From Candidatus Woesearchaeota archaeon (GTDB taxonomy: Archaea; Nanobdellota; Nanobdellia; Woesearchaeales; JAGVZT01): a stretch of DNA of 61,042 bases. Below are positions 57,421-61,042 of this stretch, piece after piece (the stretch's first letter is position 1; every line of letters starts with the position of its first letter). Below the pieces are notes generated by a model. It was not told the DNA's origin. It saw nothing but the letters and a program-made list of their open reading frames with translations, and made no database searches. The stretch lies in the NCBI GenBank assembly GCA_018302335.1, contig JAGVZT010000047.1, forward strand, positions 1 through 61,042. The letters are read 5' to 3'. A program made the translations under genes and the position numbers.

Positions 57421-58185
57421 ATGCTGCTCCTGACCAACGACGACGGCTACCGCGCCAGGGGATTGCGCGCACTTGCGGATGCGGTTCAGAACCTGGACGA
57501 CCTCGTCATCGTCGCCCCGCTCGGCAACCGCAGCGGCATCGGGCACACGATTTCCTTCAAGGAAGTGCGCGTGCAGCAACGTCTCTACGCGGGCAGGGAG
57601 ATGCTCACCCTGAGCAGCAGCCCCTCGGACTGCGCCTCCTACGGCCTTGAGGCGCTGCTCCCCCGGCCGGAATACGTGCTCTCCGGGGTGAACCGCGGCA
57701 CCAATTCCGGGATGAGCCTCTACATGTCCGGCACCATCGCTGCGGCGAGGCAGGCCGCTATCCTGGGGGTTCCTGGCATCGCGGTGTCCGCAGCGGGATT
57801 CGAGGACCCGGATTACGACCTTGCGGCCGCGTTCGGCCGGGAGTTCTTCCTCTGGCTGCGCGCCGCCCAGGTCGAAGGATGCTACTTCAACCTTGTCGCT
57901 CCGAAGAAAAACCTGCCACGTCAGGGTGTCGCGGTCACCAGGCCCTCGCTCGACAAGGACCTGCGCTCGCGTTGGGAACTCCAGCCCTCAGGCAAGTACC
58001 TGCACCGCACGGAATGGCTTCCCTCGACAGAGAGGTGGAGCGACCAGTGGGCCCTGGACCGCGGCTATCTCACCCTGACGGTGAACACCCTCGACCGGGA
58101 CTGCGCCCGCGCCGAGGCGCTCGAGGAGCGCATCTTCTCCGAGTTCAGGTTCGCAGGGCTGCCCACCGTTCTGCCGGCTCCGTAG
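57421..58185 (+). CDS. surE: 5'/3'-nucleotidase SurE
   Basis: LLTNDDG, VAP..RSG, PSDC, SGVNRGTN, SGTIAAA. Confidence 0.93.
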   Translation: MLLLTNDDGYRARGLRALADAVQNLDDLVIVAPLGNRSGIGHTISFKEVRVQQRLYAGREMLTLSSSPSDCASYGLEALLPRPEYVLSGVNRGTNSGMSLYMSGTIAAARQAAILGVPGIAVSAAGFEDPDYDLAAAFGREFFLWLRAAQVEGCYFNLVAPKKNLPRQGVAVTRPSLDKDLRSRWELQPSGKYLHRTEWLPSTERWSDQWALDRGYLTLTVNTLDRDCARAEALEERIFSEFRFAGLPTVLPAP

Positions 58186-58195
58186 GAAGAGTCGT

Positions 58196-58263
58196 CGGCC
58201 ATGCTGCTCAGAAGTACCGGCATGCCGGCAGGACCTTCCGGAACTTGTGCGGCCTGGCGGCCG
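58196..58263 (+). repeat. 68-bp CGGCCG-bounded intergenic repeat
   Basis: CGGCCATGCTGCTCAGAAGTACCGGCATGCCGGCAGGACCTTCCGGAACTTGTGCGGCCTGGCGGCCG. Confidence 0.82.
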
Positions 58264-58321
58264 GATTTTCAAAGTCCCCGCGACCGAAGGATATATAATA
58301 AGGCATCTCGCCGCAGGCTGC

Positions 58322-58729
58322 ATGGCAAAGTTCAAGCCCACGATGGAGATGCCCCACGCGAAAATCCTCATCGTGGACGACTCCTCATTCACCCGGGAGC
58401 TGGTCTCGAAGATGCTTGTCCAGGCGGGATTCTCGAAGCCCCTGGAGGCGGAGAGCGCGGGCAGCGCTCTGGGCGCGGTCAAGGCGAACAAGCCGGACCT
58501 GCTCATCCTGGACATCGACCTCGGAGGGGAGCTGGACGGCGTCGATGTCCTCCGCGCGGTGAAGAGGGACACTCCCGCGGTGAAGGTCATCGTGCTCTCC
58601 GCGCTGTCGCAGCGCCTGCTCGAGGAGAAGCTCATGGAGGAGCAGGCCGATGCATTCATCGTCAAGCCCTTCCGGCAGGAGCAGCTCCTCTTCGCGGTGG
58701 GCCTCGCGCTCGGCTACGACGTGATGTAG
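58322..58729 (+). CDS. Stand-alone response regulator receiver (CheY-like)
   Basis: ILIVDDS, PDLLILDI (phospho-Asp), DG, VLSA, FIVKPF. Confidence 0.92.
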   Translation: MAKFKPTMEMPHAKILIVDDSSFTRELVSKMLVQAGFSKPLEAESAGSALGAVKANKPDLLILDIDLGGELDGVDVLRAVKRDTPAVKVIVLSALSQRLLEEKLMEEQADAFIVKPFRQEQLLFAVGLALGYDVM

Positions 58730-58732
58730 AGG

Positions 58733-58794
58733 CGGCCGCATTGCGGAGGATATCGGGGTTTTGATGAGACGGATAATGTACGGCACTGCAGCCG
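58733..58794 (+). repeat. CGGCCG-bounded repeat, 62-bp copy
   Basis: CGGCCGCATTGCGGAGGATATCGGGGTTTTGATGAGACGGATAATGTACGGCACTGCAGCCG. Confidence 0.8.
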
Positions 58795-58868
58795 AGGAGA
58801 GCTTTTCTGCCGGGCCGATGTAAACATTTAATAAGGCCTTTTTCCCAGAGCCGCCTGAGGGATTGCAC

Positions 58869-59720
58869 ATGGAATTCAAGATGGAGAAGCGTACCATCGG
58901 CAGGCAGAAGGAGGAGGTCCGTCAGGAGGACTTCGAGCTCGCGTACAAGTTCTCCAAGATTCTCTTCCGCGAGATGGGCGACATGCTCAAGGCCCTGGTG
59001 CTCTTCGGCTCCACTGCGCGCACGGGGCGCAAGGAGAAGGACATCGACCTCCTGGTCATCGTGGACGACGTCACGGTGCGCATATCACCGGAGCTGGTGG
59101 AGACCTACCGCATCATCACCGAGAAGGCCGTCGTCGAGGTGAGCGAGCGGCTGCACATCACCTCCATGAAGTTCAGCTCCTTCTGGGAATACGCGCGCGC
59201 CGGGGATCCGGTGGCCGTGAACATCCTCCGCGAGGGCATTCCCCTCATCGACGCGGGCTTCTTCCGGCCGCTGCAGGCGCTGCTCTTCGACGGGCGCATC
59301 CGTCCGAGCCCCGAGAGCGTCTGGACCTACTTCGCGCGCTCGCCGCGCGCGCTCTTCTCCGCGCGCAGGCACGTCCTCGGCGCGGTCCTCGACCTCTACT
59401 GGGCCGTGGTGGACAGCGCCCACGCCTCGCTGATGATGCTCAACGTCACCCCGCCGAGCCCGGACCATGTGGCGGAGCTGCTGGACAAGATGCTCGTCGC
59501 GCGGGGACTGCTCAAGCCGCACCACGTCGAGACCATGAAGAAGTTCTACGACCTCCAGAAGCGCGTCGTCCACCGTGAGCTCAAGGAGCTCAAAGGCGCA
59601 GAGTACGACGAGCTCTACAAGGAGGCCGCGGCGTTCGTCGATGACATGAAGCGCTTCGTCGAGAGCCGGGAGTTCGCCTCCGACGGGAAAAAGCACCCTT
59701 CCGCACGCAAGGCACCATAA
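58869..59720 (+). CDS. Minimal nucleotidyltransferase fused to a HEPN-like helical domain
   Basis: LVLFGSTAR...DIDLLVIVDD (GS, DxD); C-terminal DLYWAVVDSAHASLM..PPSP helical bundle. Confidence 0.85.
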   Translation: MEFKMEKRTIGRQKEEVRQEDFELAYKFSKILFREMGDMLKALVLFGSTARTGRKEKDIDLLVIVDDVTVRISPELVETYRIITEKAVVEVSERLHITSMKFSSFWEYARAGDPVAVNILREGIPLIDAGFFRPLQALLFDGRIRPSPESVWTYFARSPRALFSARRHVLGAVLDLYWAVVDSAHASLMMLNVTPPSPDHVAELLDKMLVARGLLKPHHVETMKKFYDLQKRVVHRELKELKGAEYDELYKEAAAFVDDMKRFVESREFASDGKKHPSARKAP

Positions 59721-59786
59721 GGTTTTTATAGGGGCACCCCCGAGGGAATCCGAACGGCGACGAGTGCGTCGACGGGAGGAACCGCA

Positions 59787-59915
59787 ATGGCAAAAGTGCA
59801 GAAGGTTTTCAAGGCAGGCATCAAGAAGGAGAAGGGCTACCTGTACTTCATCGACAAGCAGGGCGACATCTCCCGCGCTGCCATGGTGCGTGGCGGGAAG
59901 AAGGGCAAGAAATAA
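59787..59915 (+). CDS. Small basic 42-aa protein, candidate chromatin protein (CC1-like); not in the ORF track
   Basis: MAKVQKVFKAGIKKEKGYLYFIDKQGDISRAAMVRGGKKGKK; TATA ~59723-59730, SD GGGAGG, T-rich terminator downstream. Confidence 0.75.
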   Translation: MAKVQKVFKAGIKKEKGYLYFIDKQGDISRAAMVRGGKKGKK

Positions 59916-59932
59916 GCGTGCCCTCTCTATGA

Positions 59933-59972
59933 TTTTTTTGTCACATATTCTTCTTTTTCTTTTCCACTTTCC
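59933..59972 (+). terminator. T-rich archaeal terminator
   Basis: TTTTTTT...TTCTTTTTCTTTTCC directly after the small basic gene. Confidence 0.6.
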
Positions 59973-60003
59973 TTAAATCCTCAGGCATCCTTCTATCCTC
60001 GGT

Positions 60004-60741
60004 ATGACATACCTGTCATCGGGACCCCTGTATCGTGCCCCTGCGTACGCGCGCCCTGCCAGCGCTGTGCCGGCGGCTGCGTATGCGACGGAGGCCATGC
60101 CGGTCTATTCGGCGGATATCGACATCCCGGTGTACCAGGGCCGCGGGCATGCCCCCTATATGCCCCCGTTCGACCCGCGGCCCTTCCTTCTTCCCGGCAG
60201 GCCGGAGGCGCAGTTCGTCGGCAGGGCGTCCCAGCTTGAAAGCGTTGTCCGCGAGGCCTTCACCGCGACGACCGGGCAGCCGCTTCCCTACGGCATCACG
60301 ATACATGTCAACACCCCGGCCGAACTGAAGGGTATCCACTCTCGTCTTGGCGGCGTGTGGAGCGAGGGCATCCAGGGCTTCGCCCTGAACAGCCGGAGCA
60401 GCATCTTCCTCCGCGAAGGCCCACTGGACGAGGTTCTCCTGGTCGCAGGCCACGAGCTCGGCCACGTGCTCACCCCGCAGCTGCCCTCCATGCGGGACGA
60501 GGAGGCGAAGGCCTTTGCGTTCGAGCTGGCGTGGATGCAGGCCATCCACCGCGAGGACATCGCAGGGCTGCGAGGCAGCATCCGCCTGGGAGCGCCTGCG
60601 CGGAATGGGCTGCACAACGTCGCGCTGGACTTCGTCCTCGGTGCGCTGCGCAAGGGTGCCGACGCCCTTGAGCTCTTCCGGAGCATCGCGGCAGGCACCC
60701 TTTCGGCCTCACAGAAGTCCATGTTTATTACTACTAATTAG
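60004..60741 (+). CDS. Hypothetical zincin-like protein
   Basis: AGHELGHVL and DEEAKAFAF; Tyr/Pro/Ala-rich N-terminus. Confidence 0.8.
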   Translation: MTYLSSGPLYRAPAYARPASAVPAAAYATEAMPVYSADIDIPVYQGRGHAPYMPPFDPRPFLLPGRPEAQFVGRASQLESVVREAFTATTGQPLPYGITIHVNTPAELKGIHSRLGGVWSEGIQGFALNSRSSIFLREGPLDEVLLVAGHELGHVLTPQLPSMRDEEAKAFAFELAWMQAIHREDIAGLRGSIRLGAPARNGLHNVALDFVLGALRKGADALELFRSIAAGTLSASQKSMFITTN

Positions 60742-60788
60742 TTCTGAAAATAGAAACATTTATATACTTGCGATGCCCCGTACTCAGT

Positions 60789-61042
60789 ATGGCAAACGAC
60801 CAGCCCTATGGAACTCCGGCGGATGATTCCCACTACAGGTCAGACCGCAAGGGCGAGCCCGAGCAGAAGGACCTTGAGGGCGCCCAGCGCCGGGTGGAGC
60901 AGCTGAGCGGCGCGAGCCATCTCCATGCGCTCCTTGAGGCCAACGGCTTCTCCGACACCCTCTCCGTCGAGCAGCGCATCTCGCTCACCGATTTGATGGC
61001 CCGGCAGGGCCTGGAGAGGACCGATCTCGGCGCTGCCTTGCA
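60789..61042 (+). CDS. Hypothetical protein, cut by the window end
   Basis: ATG after TATA (TTTATATA ~60759); open reading MANDQPYGTPADDSHY... to the end of the window. Confidence 0.65.
   Translation, partial: MANDQPYGTPADDSHYRSDRKGEPEQKDLEGAQRRVEQLSGASHLHALLEANGFSDTLSVEQRISLTDLMARQGLERTDLGAAL

Noticed and set aside
35901..57579. Other long opposite-strand ORFs (35901-37577, 37664-39463, 40748-42265, 49305-51041, 55606-57579)
   Set aside because: Each overlaps a confidently identified gene on the other strand.

Overview
GC-rich archaeal chromosome segment (roughly two-thirds G+C by eye, standard genetic code). Archaeal markers are gatD-gatE, EF-1alpha plus S10, archaeal-type S7, a four-subunit por operon and TATA-box promoters ahead of mostly short-leader genes. 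The S7 insertion (GHKGKKHNRSSGHNTGKK), CxDSDxG Cys-rich surface protein and MNT-HEPN fusion suggest a DPANN lineage, probably Woesearchaeota (inference). The window holds about 55 CDS, tRNA-Ser(GGA) and an unexpectedly rich central metabolism (ppdK, pyk, porGDAB, ackA, citrate synthase, icd-like dehydrogenase, CoA transferase, acyl-CoA synthetase, hutU, heme oxygenase). The most striking feature is a dispersed, degenerate but length-conserved ~68-bp intergenic element, CGGCCGCATTGCTGAGAAT...GGCATTCCGGCCG. There are 20 near-complete copies and 1 partial. It shows ~10-bp A/T periodicity, occurs in either orientation and usually lies ~30-45 bp upstream of a TATA box, so it is a candidate chromatin-positioning or promoter-architecture element. 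Other items of note: a tandem ATP-grasp fusion cluster (GH15-like, GNAT, M14 and M29 peptidases), a Cys-less thiolase fused to a DUF35-type OB fold, a heme oxygenase ending inside the tRNA gene, an internally deleted PPDK, and several small ORFs missing from the supplied track.
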